Under the pieces are notes generated by a model, which saw nothing but the letters and a program-made list of their open reading frames with translations, was not told the DNA's origin and made no database searches. This document shows positions 10,913-22,419 of a stretch of 64,000 bases of DNA, one piece after another. A program made the translations under genes and the position numbers. Numbering within the stretch: position 1 is the stretch's first letter; every line of letters starts with the position of its first letter. This DNA is from Paraphysomonas bandaiensis (taxonomy: Eukaryota > Protista > Chrysophyceae), in contig CBFFRP010000071.1 of the NCBI GenBank assembly GCA_965644295.1, forward strand, positions 124,001-188,000, in the 5' to 3' direction.

Positions 10913-13900
10913 ATGTCTAAAAATAAGATACCCCGTAAGACTTTTGATTACGATGATGTCCCTGAGCGACCTGCTCTTGAGCCTCCTGCTCCCACCTCTG
11001 AGTATGCTCAAAAGAAGATCCCCTCCTCATACCAGGGTAGTGCAAGGACTCACCCGAATGTAGTCAAGGTTCGTAGTGGAAATTTGGATCCGATAGCCGC
11101 AAAGGCTCCTGGTTGGAGTGATCTGACAATAGATTGGGCCCAGCCTTCGAACATGTATCCGGAGAATTTCCCCTACTTTGTGCGTGGTCGTGATAGTTTG
11201 AGAGTTTATATTACAAAGCTGTTCAACACGGAGGTCACAATGTATGACGGTGCTATGGGGACAATGATTCAGAATGAGGGCAAATGGCTGGATGAGGCAG
11301 CGTACCGTGGTGAACGTTTCGCAGACTGGAGCTGCAACGTCAAAGGCAACAATGACCTTCTGTCACTAACACAGCCCCAAGTTATCAAGAAGATCCACAT
11401 GGAGTACCTAGAGAGTGGTTCTCGCTTGATCGGCACGAATACATTTAGCTCTACTCGCATTGCTCAAGCGGACTACAAGATGGAAGATCTTGTTTACGAA
11501 TTGAACTACAGTGGAGCTCGACTGGCTCGAGAGGCGTGTGATGAGATGACAGCCAAGTACCCTGATCGTCCCTGCTTTGTGGTTGGTGCTCTTGGTCCAA
11601 CGAATCGCACGGGTTCTATCTCTCCTAGTGTTGAGGACGCAGCATTCCGCAACGTGACTTTTGACGAGTTAGTTGAGTCGTACTACGAGCAGGCTGTTGG
11701 TTTATTGGATGGTGGTGCCGATATTCTTATGGTTGAGACTATATTTGATACTTTGAATGCCAAAGCGGCATTGTTTGCAATTGGGGAGTTATTGGAGGAG
11801 ATGGAGGTGGATATTCCAGTATTTGTCTCTGGTACCTTGGTGGACTTGAGTGGTCGTACACTATCGGGGCAGACCACAGAGGCATTCTATGCATCGATTC
11901 GTCATTCTAAGCCTATGTGTGTCGGGCTTAACTGTGCCCTTGGAGCCCAGCAGATGGTTCCTTTTGTGGAGCGTTTGGCTGCATGTGCTGAGTGCTTTGT
12001 TCACGTGTATTCGAATGCGGGTTTACCTAATGCAATGGCCGGCTATGACGACACCCCAGAAGACATGGCCCGATTCAACAGTGTATTTTTGGAGAAGCAG
12101 TGGTTGAATATGGTTGGAGGATGCTGTGGCTCGACTCCTCCTCATATTGCTGCTATTGCGGGTGTTATTAAAAACCAGGGCTTCAAACCGCGTCCTCTTC
12201 CTCCCATTCGCCGACCAAAGATGTGGTTGTCTGGATTGGAAGATCTTGTAGTGGAGGATTCCCACAACCATCTTGGCTTGCCTTTCCTAAATGTTGGTGA
12301 GCGATGCAACATATCTGGCTCTATCAAGTTCAAGAAGCTGATGATGGCCGGTAACTACGCGGAAGCAATGGATATTGCTAAGAAACAAGTCGTCGATGGA
12401 GCTAATGTTATTGATATCAACGTTGACGATGGTATGCTTGATGGGGTTGCGGCGATGCAGAAATTCGTCAAGATTGCTGTGACGGAGCCCGAGATCGGCA
12501 AGGTTCCTTTTATGTTGGATGCATCAAAGTTCGAGATTGTACTTGCCGGCTTGAAGTGGTGCCAGGGCAAATGCATTGTAAACAGCATATCGCTTAAGGT
12601 TGGCGAGGCCCTATTTATTGAGCAGGCCACGCTCCTGAAGAAGCATGGAGCTGCTGTTGTGGTGATGGCCTTTGACGAGGAAGGACAGGCTGCCACTGCA
12701 TCCGAGAAGATTCGCATTTGCAAGAGAAGTTATGATATTCTCGTCAATAAGGTTCACTTCCCACCTGAGGATATTATTTTCGATCCTAATGTATTGACGA
12801 TTGGCACTGGCATGGAGGAGCATTCCAATTACGGCGTTGATTTCATCGAGGCAACCAAGGTGATTAAAGCAGAGTGTCCCTACGCTAAAGTGAGTGGTGG
12901 AATTTCTAATCTATCTTTCGGGTTTCGAGGTGTCAATGTTGTTCGTGAGTCTATTCACTCGGTGTTTTTGTATCATGCCATTATTGAGGCTGGCATGGAT
13001 ATGGGAATTGTAAATTCTCACGAGATGATTCATTATGATGACATCGAACCTGATATGAAGCTCCTGTGCGAGAATTTGGTGTTTAACAAGACCCCAGATG
13101 CCACTGAGAAGATGTTGGAGCGCACAACCTGGGAAAAGGAGGCTGCTGCTGCCAGGAAAAAAGGTTTACCACTTCCGAAGAAACCTCGTGTGATAGTGAA
13201 GATTCCGCGCAAGACTTTTGATTACGATGATGCCCCTGAGCGACCTGCTCTTGAGCCTCCTGCTCCCACCTCTGAGTATGCTCAAAAGAAGATCCCCTCC
13301 TCATACCAGGGTAGTGCAAGGACTCACCCGAATGTAGTCAAGGTTCGTAGTGGAAATTTGGATCCGATAGCCGCAAAGGCTCCTGGTTGGAGTGATCTGA
13401 CAATAGATTGGGCCCAGCCTTCGAACATGTATCCGGAGAATTTCCCCTACTTTGTGCGTGGTCGTGATAGTTTGAGAGTTTATATTACAAAGCTGTTCAA
13501 CACGGAGGTCACAATGTATGACGGTGCTATGGGGACAATGATTCAGAATGAGGGCAAATGGCTGGATGAGGCAGCGTACCGTGGTGAACGTTTCGCAGAC
13601 TGGAGCTGCAACGTCAAAGGCAACAATGACCTTCTGTCACTAACACAGCCCCAAGTTATCAAGAAGATCCACATGGAGTACCTAGAGAGTGGTTCTCGCT
13701 TGATCGGCACGAATACATTTAGCTCTACTCGCATTGCTCAAGCGGACTACAAGATGGAAGATCTTGTTTACGAATTGAACTACAGTGGAGCTCGACTGGC
13801 TCGAGAGGCGTGTGATGAGATGACAGCCAAGTACCCTGATCGTCCCTGCTTTGTGGTTGGTGCTCTTGGTCCAACGAATCGCACGGGTTCTATCTCTCCT

Positions 13901-16900
13901 AGTGTTGAGGACGCAGCATTCCGCAACGTGACTTTTGACGAGTTAGTTGAGTCGTACTACGAGCAGGCTGTTGGTTTATTGGATGGTGGTGCCGATATTC
14001 TTATGGTTGAGACTATATTTGATACTTTGAATGCCAAAGCGGCATTGTTTGCAATTGGGGAGTTATTGGAGGAGATGGAGGTGGATATTCCAGTATTTGT
14101 CTCTGGTACCTTGGTGGACTTGAGTGGTCGTACACTATCGGGGCAGACCACAGAGGCATTCTATGCATCGATTCGTCATTCTAAGCCTATGTGTGTCGGG
14201 CTTAACTGTGCCCTTGGAGCCCAGCAGATGGTTCCTTTTGTGGAGCGTTTGGCTGCATGTGCTGAGTGCTTTGTTCACGTGTATTCGAATGCGGGTTTAC
14301 CTAATGCAATGGCCGGCTATGACGACACCCCAGAAGACATGGCCCGATTCAACAGTGTATTTTTGGAGAAGCAGTGGTTGAATATGGTTGGAGGATGCTG
14401 TGGCTCGACTCCTCCTCATATTGCTGCTATTGCGGGTGTTATTAAAAACCAGGGCTTCAAACCGCGTCCTCTTCCTCCCATTCGCCGACCAAAGATGTGG
14501 TTGTCTGGATTGGAAGATCTTGTAGTGGAGGATTCCCACAACCATCTTGGCTTGCCTTTCCTAAATGTTGGTGAGCGATGCAACATATCTGGCTCTATCA
14601 AGTTCAAGAAGCTGATGATGGCCGGTAACTACGCGGAAGCAATGGATATTGCTAAGAAACAAGTCGTCGATGGAGCTAATGTTATTGATATCAACGTTGA
14701 CGATGGTATGCTTGATGGGGTTGCGGCGATGCAGAAATTCGTCAAGATTGCTGTGACGGAGCCCGAGATCGGCAAGGTTCCTTTTATGTTGGATGCATCA
14801 AAGTTCGAGATTGTACTTGCCGGCTTGAAGTGGTGCCAGGGCAAATGCATTGTAAACAGCATATCGCTTAAGGTTGGCGAGGCCCTATTTATTGAGCAGG
14901 CCACGCTCCTGAAGAAGCATGGAGCTGCTGTTGTGGTGATGGCCTTTGACGAGGAAGGACAGGCTGCCACTGCATCCGAGAAGATTCGCATTTGCAAGAG
15001 AAGTTATGATATTCTCGTCAATAAGGTTCACTTCCCACCTGAGGATATTATTTTCGATCCTAATGTATTGACGATTGGCACTGGCATGGAGGAGCATTCC
15101 AATTACGGCGTTGATTTCATCGAGGCAACCAAGGTGATTAAAGCAGAGTGTCCCTACGCTAAAGTGAGTGGTGGAATTTCTAATCTATCTTTCGGGTTTC
15201 GAGGTGTCAATGTTGTTCGTGAGTCTATTCACTCGGTGTTTTTGTATCATGCCATTATTGAGGCTGGCATGGATATGGGAATTGTAAATTCTCACGAGAT
15301 GATTCATTATGATGACATCGAACCTGATATGAAGCTCCTGTGCGAGAATTTGGTGTTTAACAAGACCCCAGATGCCACTGAGAAGATGTTGGAGCGCACA
15401 ACCTGGGAAAAGGAGGCTGCTGCTGCCAGGAAAAAAGGTTTACCACTTCCGAAGAAACCTCGTGTGATAGTGAAGATTCCGCGCAAGACTTTTGATTACG
15501 ATGATGTCCCTGAGCGACCTGCTCTTGAGCCTCCTGCTCCCACCTCTGAGTATGCTCAAAAGAAGATCCCCTCCTCATACCAGGGTAGTGCAAGGACTCA
15601 CCCGAATGTAGTCAAGGTTCGTAGTGGAAATTTGGATCCGATAGCCGCAAAGGCTCCTGGTTGGAGTGATCTGACAATAGATTGGGCCCAGCCTTCGAAC
15701 ATGTATCCGGAGAATTTCCCCTACTTTGTGCGTGGTCGTGATAGTTTGAGAGTTTATATTACAAAGCTGTTCAACACGGAGGTCACAATGTATGACGGTG
15801 CTATGGGGACAATGATTCAGAATGAGGGCAAATGGCTGGATGAGGCAGCGTACCGTGGTGAACGTTTCGCAGACTGGAGCTGCAACGTCAAAGGCAACAA
15901 TGACCTTCTGTCACTAACACAGCCCCAAGTTATCAAGAAGATCCACATGGAGTACCTAGAGAGTGGTTCTCGCTTGATCGGCACGAATACATTTAGCTCT
16001 ACTCGCATTGCTCAAGCGGACTACAAGATGGAAGATCTTGTTTACGAATTGAACTACAGTGGAGCTCGACTGGCTCGAGAGGCGTGTGATGAGATGACAG
16101 CCAAGTACCCTGATCGTCCCTGCTTTGTGGTTGGTGCTCTTGGTCCAACGAATCGCACGGGTTCTATCTCTCCTAGTGTTGAGGACGCAGCATTCCGCAA
16201 CGTGACTTTTGACGAGTTAGTTGAGTCGTACTACGAGCAGGCTGTTGGTTTATTGGATGGTGGTGCCGATATTCTTATGGTTGAGACTATATTTGATACT
16301 TTGAATGCCAAAGCGGCATTGTTTGCAATTGGGGAGTTATTGGAGGAGATGGAGGTGGATATTCCAGTATTTGTCTCTGGTACCTTGGTGGACTTGAGTG
16401 GTCGTACACTATCGGGGCAGACCACAGAGGCATTCTATGCATCGATTCGTCATTCTAAGCCTATGTGTGTCGGGCTTAACTGTGCCCTTGGAGCCCAGCA
16501 GATGGTTCCTTTTGTGGAGCGTTTGGCTGCATGTGCTGAGTGCTTTGTTCACGTGTATTCGAATGCGGGTTTACCTAATGCAATGGCCGGCTATGACGAC
16601 ACCCCAGAAGACATGGCCCGATTCAACAGTGTATTTTTGGAGAAGCAGTGGTTGAATATGGTTGGAGGATGCTGTGGCTCGACTCCTCCTCATATTGCTG
16701 CTATTGCGGGTGTTATTAAAAACCAGGGCTTCAAACCGCGTCCTCTTCCTCCCATTCGCCGACCAAAGATGTGGTTGTCTGGATTGGAAGATCTTGTAGT
16801 GGAGGATTCCCACAACCATCTTGGCTTGCCTTTCCTAAATGTTGGTGAGCGATGCAACATATCTGGCTCTATCAAGTTCAAGAAGCTGATGATGGCCGGT

Positions 16901-19549
16901 AACTACGCGGAAGCAATGGATATTGCTAAGAAACAAGTCGTCGATGGAGCTAATGTTATTGATATCAACGTTGACGATGGTATGCTTGATGGGGTTGCGG
17001 CGATGCAGAAATTCGTCAAGATTGCTGTGACGGAGCCCGAGATCGGCAAGGTTCCTTTTATGTTGGATGCATCAAAGTTCGAGATTGTACTTGCCGGCTT
17101 GAAGTGGTGCCAGGGCAAATGCATTGTAAACAGCATATCGCTTAAGGTTGGCGAGGCCCTATTTATTGAGCAGGCCACGCTCCTGAAGAAGCATGGAGCT
17201 GCTGTTGTGGTGATGGCCTTTGACGAGGAAGGACAGGCTGCCACTGCATCCGAGAAGATTCGCATTTGCAAGAGAAGTTATGATATTCTCGTCAATAAGG
17301 TTCACTTCCCACCTGAGGATATTATTTTCGATCCTAATGTATTGACGATTGGCACTGGCATGGAGGAGCATTCCAATTACGGCGTTGATTTCATCGAGGC
17401 AACCAAGGTGATTAAAGCAGAGTGTCCCTACGCTAAAGTGAGTGGTGGAATTTCTAATCTATCTTTCGGGTTTCGAGGTGTCAATGTTGTTCGTGAGTCT
17501 ATTCACTCGGTGTTTTTGTATCATGCCATTATTGAGGCTGGCATGGATATGGGAATTGTAAATTCTCACGAGATGATTCATTATGATGACATCGAACCTG
17601 ATATGAAGCTCCTGTGCGAGAATTTGGTGTTTAACAAGACCCCAGATGCCACTGAGAAGATGTTGGAGCGCACAACCTGGGAGAAGAATCGAATGGAAAT
17701 GATCAAGAAAGGTATCAACCCCAATGGCGAGTGTGCTCCGAAGGCTGTTACTTGGAGAGATAAACCTGTGGTTGAGCGTCTGTCCCATGCTCTTATCAAT
17801 GGAATTACCCAGTATATTGAGGGTGATGTAGAAGAGGCTCGTCAACAAGCATCTAAACCACTTGAAGTTATTGAGGGTCCATTAATGAGTGGGATGAATA
17901 TTGTTGGAGATTTGTTTGGGTCTGGAAAGATGTTTTTGCCTCAAGTTATTAAGAGCGCGCGTGTGATGAAGAAAGCTGTAGCTTATTTGCTTCCTTTCAT
18001 GGAAGAAGAGAAACGAGCTAATATGATAGCTGAAGGAATTGATCCTGATAATTTGGATGAAGATGATACATCTAACTTTGCTGGTACTTTCCTCATTGCA
18101 ACAGTTAAAGGTGACGTTCATGACATTGGCAAAAATATTGTTGCTGTTGTTCTAGGATGCAATAACTACAAAGTGTATGATTTGGGCGTAATGGTTCCAT
18201 TCGAAACTATTCTTGATGAAGCAGCGCGCCTCAAAGTCGACGTAATTGGTCTGTCTGGTTTGATAACACCTTCTCTTGATGAAATGGTAACAGTAGCTAA
18301 GGAAATGAAGAAACGAAATATGACTCAGCCACTTCTCATTGGTGGGGCTACGACATCTAAAATGCACACAGCTGTGAAAATTGCTCCCAGTTATTCTAAC
18401 CAGCAGCATCCGGTTATTCACGTGCTTGATGCAAGTAGATCCGTCACTGTTGTCTCAAGCCTTTTAGGTGAGAATCGCGAGGAGTTTGTTGAAGGTATAC
18501 TAGAAGATTACGAAGAACTTCGTGATGACTACTATGATGGTCTCGAGAGTAGATCGTATCTGCCGTTTCAGAAGGCCATTGAAAAACGCAAGATTATTGA
18601 TTTCACGCAGTCGCCTCCTGCACCATGTCCTGCCCAGCTTGGTACTTTTGAGGTATCAATGTCAATTAGCGATGTACTGCCATTCATTGACTGGAATCCC
18701 TTTTTTCAAACGTGGGAACTACGAGGTCGTTACCCCAATAGAGGGTACCCTAAGATATTTAACGACGAGAAAGTCGGAACAGCTGCGAAAAATTTACACA
18801 ATGATGCGTTGGCGATGTTAGATACCATAATTAAGGACAAATCACTCGAGCTGAAAGGAGTTGTTGGTTTATATCCTGCTAACAGTGTCGACACCGAAGA
18901 TGTCGAGGTCTATTCAGATGAAACCAGATCAGAAGTTGTCGCAAAGTTTTGCATGCTTCGTCAGCAATCTGAAAAAGAGAATGACGATGCATATTTAAGT
19001 CAAGCTGATTTCATTGCTCCAAAAGATAGTGGTATTCCTGATTACTTGGGTATGTTTGCCGTGGCTTGCATGGGTGCCGACAAGTTGGTCGCGAAGTTCC
19101 ACGCAGACATGGATGACTACTCTAAAATTATGGTGGAAGCACTCGCTGACCGGTTGGTTGAAGCGTATGCCGAAGCTCTTCATAGAGAAATTCGAACTAA
19201 ACTTTGGGGATATGCAAAAGATGAAGATTTGAGTTCGGAAGATATGCTGAAGATAAAGTACCAAGGCATTCGACCTGCTCCTGGGTATCCCAGTCAGCCT
19301 GACCACACTGAAAAAGATACCATGTGGAAGTTGATGAATGTCGAAGAGAGAACGGGAATATCTCTGTCTGAGCACTACTCTATGATGCCAGCATCCTCCG
19401 TTTCAGCCCTTGTATTCGCACATTCCCAGAGCGAATACTTTGCTGTAGGACCTGTGACGAAAGATCAAGTTGAAAATTATGCTAGCAGGAAGGGATATGA
19501 CGTGGAAACTATGGAGCGTTGGTTGGGTTCTGTTCTCTCCTATCGATAA
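10913..19549 (+). CDS. METH: Cobalamin-dependent methionine synthase with triplicated Hcy-binding + pterin-binding modules, then single cap/B12-binding and AdoMet reactivation domains (2878 aa, no introns)
   Basis: Each of 3 copies has [27 protein letters not shown], the Zn ligands GLNC and GGCCG, VGERCN, DINVDDG and [12 protein letters not shown]. Present once only: [22 protein letters not shown] (DxHxxG), [23 protein letters not shown]. Confidence 0.97.
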   Translation: MSKNKIPRKTFDYDDVPERPALEPPAPTSEYAQKKIPSSYQGSARTHPNVVKVRSGNLDPIAAKAPGWSDLTIDWAQPSNMYPENFPYFVRGRDSLRVYITKLFNTEVTMYDGAMGTMIQNEGKWLDEAAYRGERFADWSCNVKGNNDLLSLTQPQVIKKIHMEYLESGSRLIGTNTFSSTRIAQADYKMEDLVYELNYSGARLAREACDEMTAKYPDRPCFVVGALGPTNRTGSISPSVEDAAFRNVTFDELVESYYEQAVGLLDGGADILMVETIFDTLNAKAALFAIGELLEEMEVDIPVFVSGTLVDLSGRTLSGQTTEAFYASIRHSKPMCVGLNCALGAQQMVPFVERLAACAECFVHVYSNAGLPNAMAGYDDTPEDMARFNSVFLEKQWLNMVGGCCGSTPPHIAAIAGVIKNQGFKPRPLPPIRRPKMWLSGLEDLVVEDSHNHLGLPFLNVGERCNISGSIKFKKLMMAGNYAEAMDIAKKQVVDGANVIDINVDDGMLDGVAAMQKFVKIAVTEPEIGKVPFMLDASKFEIVLAGLKWCQGKCIVNSISLKVGEALFIEQATLLKKHGAAVVVMAFDEEGQAATASEKIRICKRSYDILVNKVHFPPEDIIFDPNVLTIGTGMEEHSNYGVDFIEATKVIKAECPYAKVSGGISNLSFGFRGVNVVRESIHSVFLYHAIIEAGMDMGIVNSHEMIHYDDIEPDMKLLCENLVFNKTPDATEKMLERTTWEKEAAAARKKGLPLPKKPRVIVKIPRKTFDYDDAPERPALEPPAPTSEYAQKKIPSSYQGSARTHPNVVKVRSGNLDPIAAKAPGWSDLTIDWAQPSNMYPENFPYFVRGRDSLRVYITKLFNTEVTMYDGAMGTMIQNEGKWLDEAAYRGERFADWSCNVKGNNDLLSLTQPQVIKKIHMEYLESGSRLIGTNTFSSTRIAQADYKMEDLVYELNYSGARLAREACDEMTAKYPDRPCFVVGALGPTNRTGSISPSVEDAAFRNVTFDELVESYYEQAVGLLDGGADILMVETIFDTLNAKAALFAIGELLEEMEVDIPVFVSGTLVDLSGRTLSGQTTEAFYASIRHSKPMCVGLNCALGAQQMVPFVERLAACAECFVHVYSNAGLPNAMAGYDDTPEDMARFNSVFLEKQWLNMVGGCCGSTPPHIAAIAGVIKNQGFKPRPLPPIRRPKMWLSGLEDLVVEDSHNHLGLPFLNVGERCNISGSIKFKKLMMAGNYAEAMDIAKKQVVDGANVIDINVDDGMLDGVAAMQKFVKIAVTEPEIGKVPFMLDASKFEIVLAGLKWCQGKCIVNSISLKVGEALFIEQATLLKKHGAAVVVMAFDEEGQAATASEKIRICKRSYDILVNKVHFPPEDIIFDPNVLTIGTGMEEHSNYGVDFIEATKVIKAECPYAKVSGGISNLSFGFRGVNVVRESIHSVFLYHAIIEAGMDMGIVNSHEMIHYDDIEPDMKLLCENLVFNKTPDATEKMLERTTWEKEAAAARKKGLPLPKKPRVIVKIPRKTFDYDDVPERPALEPPAPTSEYAQKKIPSSYQGSARTHPNVVKVRSGNLDPIAAKAPGWSDLTIDWAQPSNMYPENFPYFVRGRDSLRVYITKLFNTEVTMYDGAMGTMIQNEGKWLDEAAYRGERFADWSCNVKGNNDLLSLTQPQVIKKIHMEYLESGSRLIGTNTFSSTRIAQADYKMEDLVYELNYSGARLAREACDEMTAKYPDRPCFVVGALGPTNRTGSISPSVEDAAFRNVTFDELVESYYEQAVGLLDGGADILMVETIFDTLNAKAALFAIGELLEEMEVDIPVFVSGTLVDLSGRTLSGQTTEAFYASIRHSKPMCVGLNCALGAQQMVPFVERLAACAECFVHVYSNAGLPNAMAGYDDTPEDMARFNSVFLEKQWLNMVGGCCGSTPPHIAAIAGVIKNQGFKPRPLPPIRRPKMWLSGLEDLVVEDSHNHLGLPFLNVGERCNISGSIKFKKLMMAGNYAEAMDIAKKQVVDGANVIDINVDDGMLDGVAAMQKFVKIAVTEPEIGKVPFMLDASKFEIVLAGLKWCQGKCIVNSISLKVGEALFIEQATLLKKHGAAVVVMAFDEEGQAATASEKIRICKRSYDILVNKVHFPPEDIIFDPNVLTIGTGMEEHSNYGVDFIEATKVIKAECPYAKVSGGISNLSFGFRGVNVVRESIHSVFLYHAIIEAGMDMGIVNSHEMIHYDDIEPDMKLLCENLVFNKTPDATEKMLERTTWEKNRMEMIKKGINPNGECAPKAVTWRDKPVVERLSHALINGITQYIEGDVEEARQQASKPLEVIEGPLMSGMNIVGDLFGSGKMFLPQVIKSARVMKKAVAYLLPFMEEEKRANMIAEGIDPDNLDEDDTSNFAGTFLIATVKGDVHDIGKNIVAVVLGCNNYKVYDLGVMVPFETILDEAARLKVDVIGLSGLITPSLDEMVTVAKEMKKRNMTQPLLIGGATTSKMHTAVKIAPSYSNQQHPVIHVLDASRSVTVVSSLLGENREEFVEGILEDYEELRDDYYDGLESRSYLPFQKAIEKRKIIDFTQSPPAPCPAQLGTFEVSMSISDVLPFIDWNPFFQTWELRGRYPNRGYPKIFNDEKVGTAAKNLHNDALAMLDTIIKDKSLELKGVVGLYPANSVDTEDVEVYSDETRSEVVAKFCMLRQQSEKENDDAYLSQADFIAPKDSGIPDYLGMFAVACMGADKLVAKFHADMDDYSKIMVEALADRLVEAYAEALHREIRTKLWGYAKDEDLSSEDMLKIKYQGIRPAPGYPSQPDHTEKDTMWKLMNVEERTGISLSEHYSMMPASSVSALVFAHSQSEYFAVGPVTKDQVENYASRKGYDVETMERWLGSVLSYR
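10937..17682 (+). repeat. Intragenic tandem triplication, period 2274 bp: cores 10937-13134, 13211-15408, 15485-17682; 76-bp linkers 13135-13210 and 15409-15484
   Basis: Identical antisense ORFs recur at +2274 and +4548 (e.g. 11269/13543/15817). The only core difference I noticed is T>C at 13233 (Val>Ala in copy 2). Confidence 0.97.
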
Positions 19550-20043
19550 ACTAATGTAGTTACTGAAATTGCGAACAGACTGTAGCGTAGTTGAATAAAA
19601 ACTGCTCTGCTGTGCGTTAGTTTAAAGCTGGCGTTGCTTGTTAGTCGTTTCTTGTATGCTGAATGAACCACAAGCACTGTTTAATATTTTTGCCTATGCA
19701 ACGATTCTGCTATATTATTTAACTAAAACAGATACCATATTATGTTTGTAGTCTGTCTTGAAATTAATGTGAAACGTACTAGTATTACATCTAATGCTCG
19801 TTAATGCGGATCTTGGAATACGTGTCTATCAAGTAGTTGAAGCACAAAGCTTCGTTTATTTGTTTTGTGTTGTACTTATGTATCGTGTCATAATATTGTA
19901 TCAATATATTGCACTTGAACTTACATATATTGAAAGTCTACTAAGTGTGAGTAGAAGTAAGTGTTACTACTATCGAAGGTTAGTTAATTTAAAAAATGGA
20001 ACAAACTAAGAAATTACTAAGGAACAGATGGTAAAAAATATTA

Positions 20044-21250
20044 CTAAGTAGAAACAAACGATACAGGAAGAAGTGCTAAATCAGCCGACGGAAATGTATT
20101 GGTTTCAGTGAGGTGGTCATGATTCCGTGAATTCTCCAGTTCGGCTGTTCGAGCTGCCACATGCTGCTGCTCGTTTAAAAAAATATCCATTCTCTTGCGG
20201 CGAATATTAGTAACGATTTGAATCATTTCATCCAGTGTATCTGGACAAGTAAGAGCATGCAACGTCTGATAAAAGGAATCAGGACTGCGGTCTTCCATGA
20301 TCGAATACTCTGCAGGATCGTCAGGCAAGGGAGTAAAATTTTCCTCCAGCTCCAGAGTGCAAGTAAAAATCCAGGATTGTCAGGCAAGGGATTTTTACTT
20401 GCGCTCTGCAGTATTTTCTGGATACAATGTATGGGAGTTCTATGAGCTCTACTGTACTGGGATTTATATCTGCTCAAGATTTGTCGTTAATTTGCAGCAA
20501 ACACATGCATGTGTATGTTGTACAACGTACAGCATGACAAGTGAAAGCAGTGATCTAAGTCAACTACTAACTACTACCACACTGGGACGCTTAAGACCAC
20601 ACATACATTTTGTGCAATTTGCATTTGGGACTGCCTTATGTGCCTCATGGCAACCAGGGGAAGCAGCAATATACCCTTCTAAGTTTGGTGATATGGTGGC
20701 CTTCCTTTAAGCTCGAAGGTATGTGGATGAAGGTCTTGCAAAAGGTGTTGATCTACTGTGATGAAGCGTCGGAATCGGCTCTTTTGCTGTCTTTTAGCCA
20801 GTAACAGAGAGAACACATGAAAGAGAGTGTATTGTTGGACACTAGTGGGATATATGCGGGTTCTCCGCCGGTGTATCCAGCAACAGGGAGTCGAGAGAGA
20901 GTGTGATGGTACAAGAGAGGGAATATCTGGAACGTCGCCAAGGTCGAGTACTCTGAAAGACCTATGCACGAGATAAGCATGATTGTAAGGAGAGTCACTG
21001 ATGTATGACTATATTTCTGAGAACAGATGTTCACCAGATGTTATATTATTATGTTGTGAAGCTATGTTTTGCGCAACAGAGGAAGGTTCTAGTTTACGCG
21101 AAGAGCAAGGTTAACGTCTGTACAATGTCCAATTCTAACAGACTCGGACGTCCTCAGCTGCCCTTGAACTTACAAGCGTTTGGCTCCACTTACCACCATT
21201 CAAAGAGTTTGAAGCATGGTTATAATTCAATATGTTGCAATAGTATTGTA
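20044..21250 (-). pseudogene. Fragmented coding-like remnant of unknown origin (possibly a decayed transposon ORF)
   Basis: Several short overlapping minus-strand ORFs broken by stops and frameshifts. Internal duplication of CCCTTGCCTGAC(A/G)ATCCTG. No recognisable motif. Confidence 0.25.
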
Positions 21251-21472
21251 AGGAATACGGTAGTGTCTAGTATTTTAAGGTATTCGAATCAGTGCATTGT
21301 ACTATATATTGTACAAGTGTCATTAATCAATAATATGTAAACTCCTCCGTAGATTCCATTATTAGTACCAGTCATTAGTCAACATCACCATATTCATTCA
21401 AAATTATTTAAAATATATGCTTGCATCCGGCCACATCTGTCGATTAGCTTTTAGAAACAACAGCATATTAAG

Positions 21473-22145
21473 AGTAGTATGAATGCCTGGTTATTAGCAA
21501 TAGGCTTGTAAGAGTCAGATCTAAAGTAGCAAAAAAATTTAACTAACTAGTGCTTAACTCTGATATTCCACTAATTTTGGCGCTACAAAAGCTGCTTGTG
21601 CGTCACCGCAAACACCGAGGTGCAACCACTTTTGTTCTCTGTTCTTAAGGTGAACAGCCCGGATGCTTGACTTCGTAGTCATTAGGTAGTCCAATACGTC
21701 GGATACCATTGAGATGGGCCCATTCCCGGATGCCTGTTTATTCGTCAAGGCCCAAAGACGTCTACACAAGCGACACTATTCACTATTTATTGATCCTTTT
21801 ACCTTGTACCACACAAGCATTTGGCTATATGAGAGAGCAGAAAATTTCTGCTCTCTATTCTCTATGTATATGGCTCATGTTAGTTTCTCCTATACTTATG
21901 AACGGAAGTGGTTGCACCTTGGTGCTTGCGGCGACGCACAAGCAGCTTTCGTAGCGTTAAATAGTAGGATAAAAGAGTTTGTATTGATTAGTTACGGGTA
22001 GTGGTCTAACTAGTATGACTAGCATTCTTCTAGCCACGAATTGATGCAAGGTCTCAACGCCTATTGCTAAATAATCAGACATTCACTACTCCTATACTTA
22101 TTCCCCAGAACACCACGAGAAGGTGCGAGTCCGACTTTGTTGAGT
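21473..22145 (-). repeat. Diverged retroposon-like 3'-end repeat (module B + module A + shared tail), interrupted by the 21900-22090 insertion
   Basis: 21691-21899 plus 22091-22145 align to the reverse complement of 49070-49325. 21473-21630 resembles the LINE 3' UTR and ends ...GCCTATTGCTAATAACCAGGCATTCATACTACT. Confidence 0.75.
21900..22090 (+). mobile_element. 190-bp 5'-truncated copy of the LINE 3' end with target-site duplication
   Basis: Nearly identical to 56816-57006. Flanked by the direct repeat (CT)CCTATACTTAT at 21887-21899 and 22089-22101. The homologous repeat at 49070-49325 lacks the insert. Confidence 0.9.
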
Positions 22146-22419
22146 GATTCGGAAGTCAATTACAACGTATGTTGTCATTGTGTGATATGTTCTTGGAGTC
22201 AAATGTGTGTTGAACTCATGATTCCTTGGTGAATAAGTTTTGGGTTCGAAAGAGTTGTCTACATACATACCACATAAAACTACTTGCAAAGTTCCACCAA
22301 GATATAACTACGTATAGATCTTTCGGCTAATAATAGTGCTTTATAAATATATCAAAATATTAAAAAAATTACGAAAAATATGCAATTCCGTAACGACTGT
22401 ACAACAACCTGAAAATTAA

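Noticed and set aside
10937-17682. Triplication as a pure assembly artefact of a single-copy gene
   Set aside because: The 76-bp linker has no source elsewhere in the locus, the edges show synonymous divergence and copy 2 has a private SNP. Only the exact number of copies remains uncertain.
11269-19375. Short antisense and alternate-frame ORFs within MetH and other long genes
   Set aside because: Shadow ORFs of the real coding strand with no motifs.
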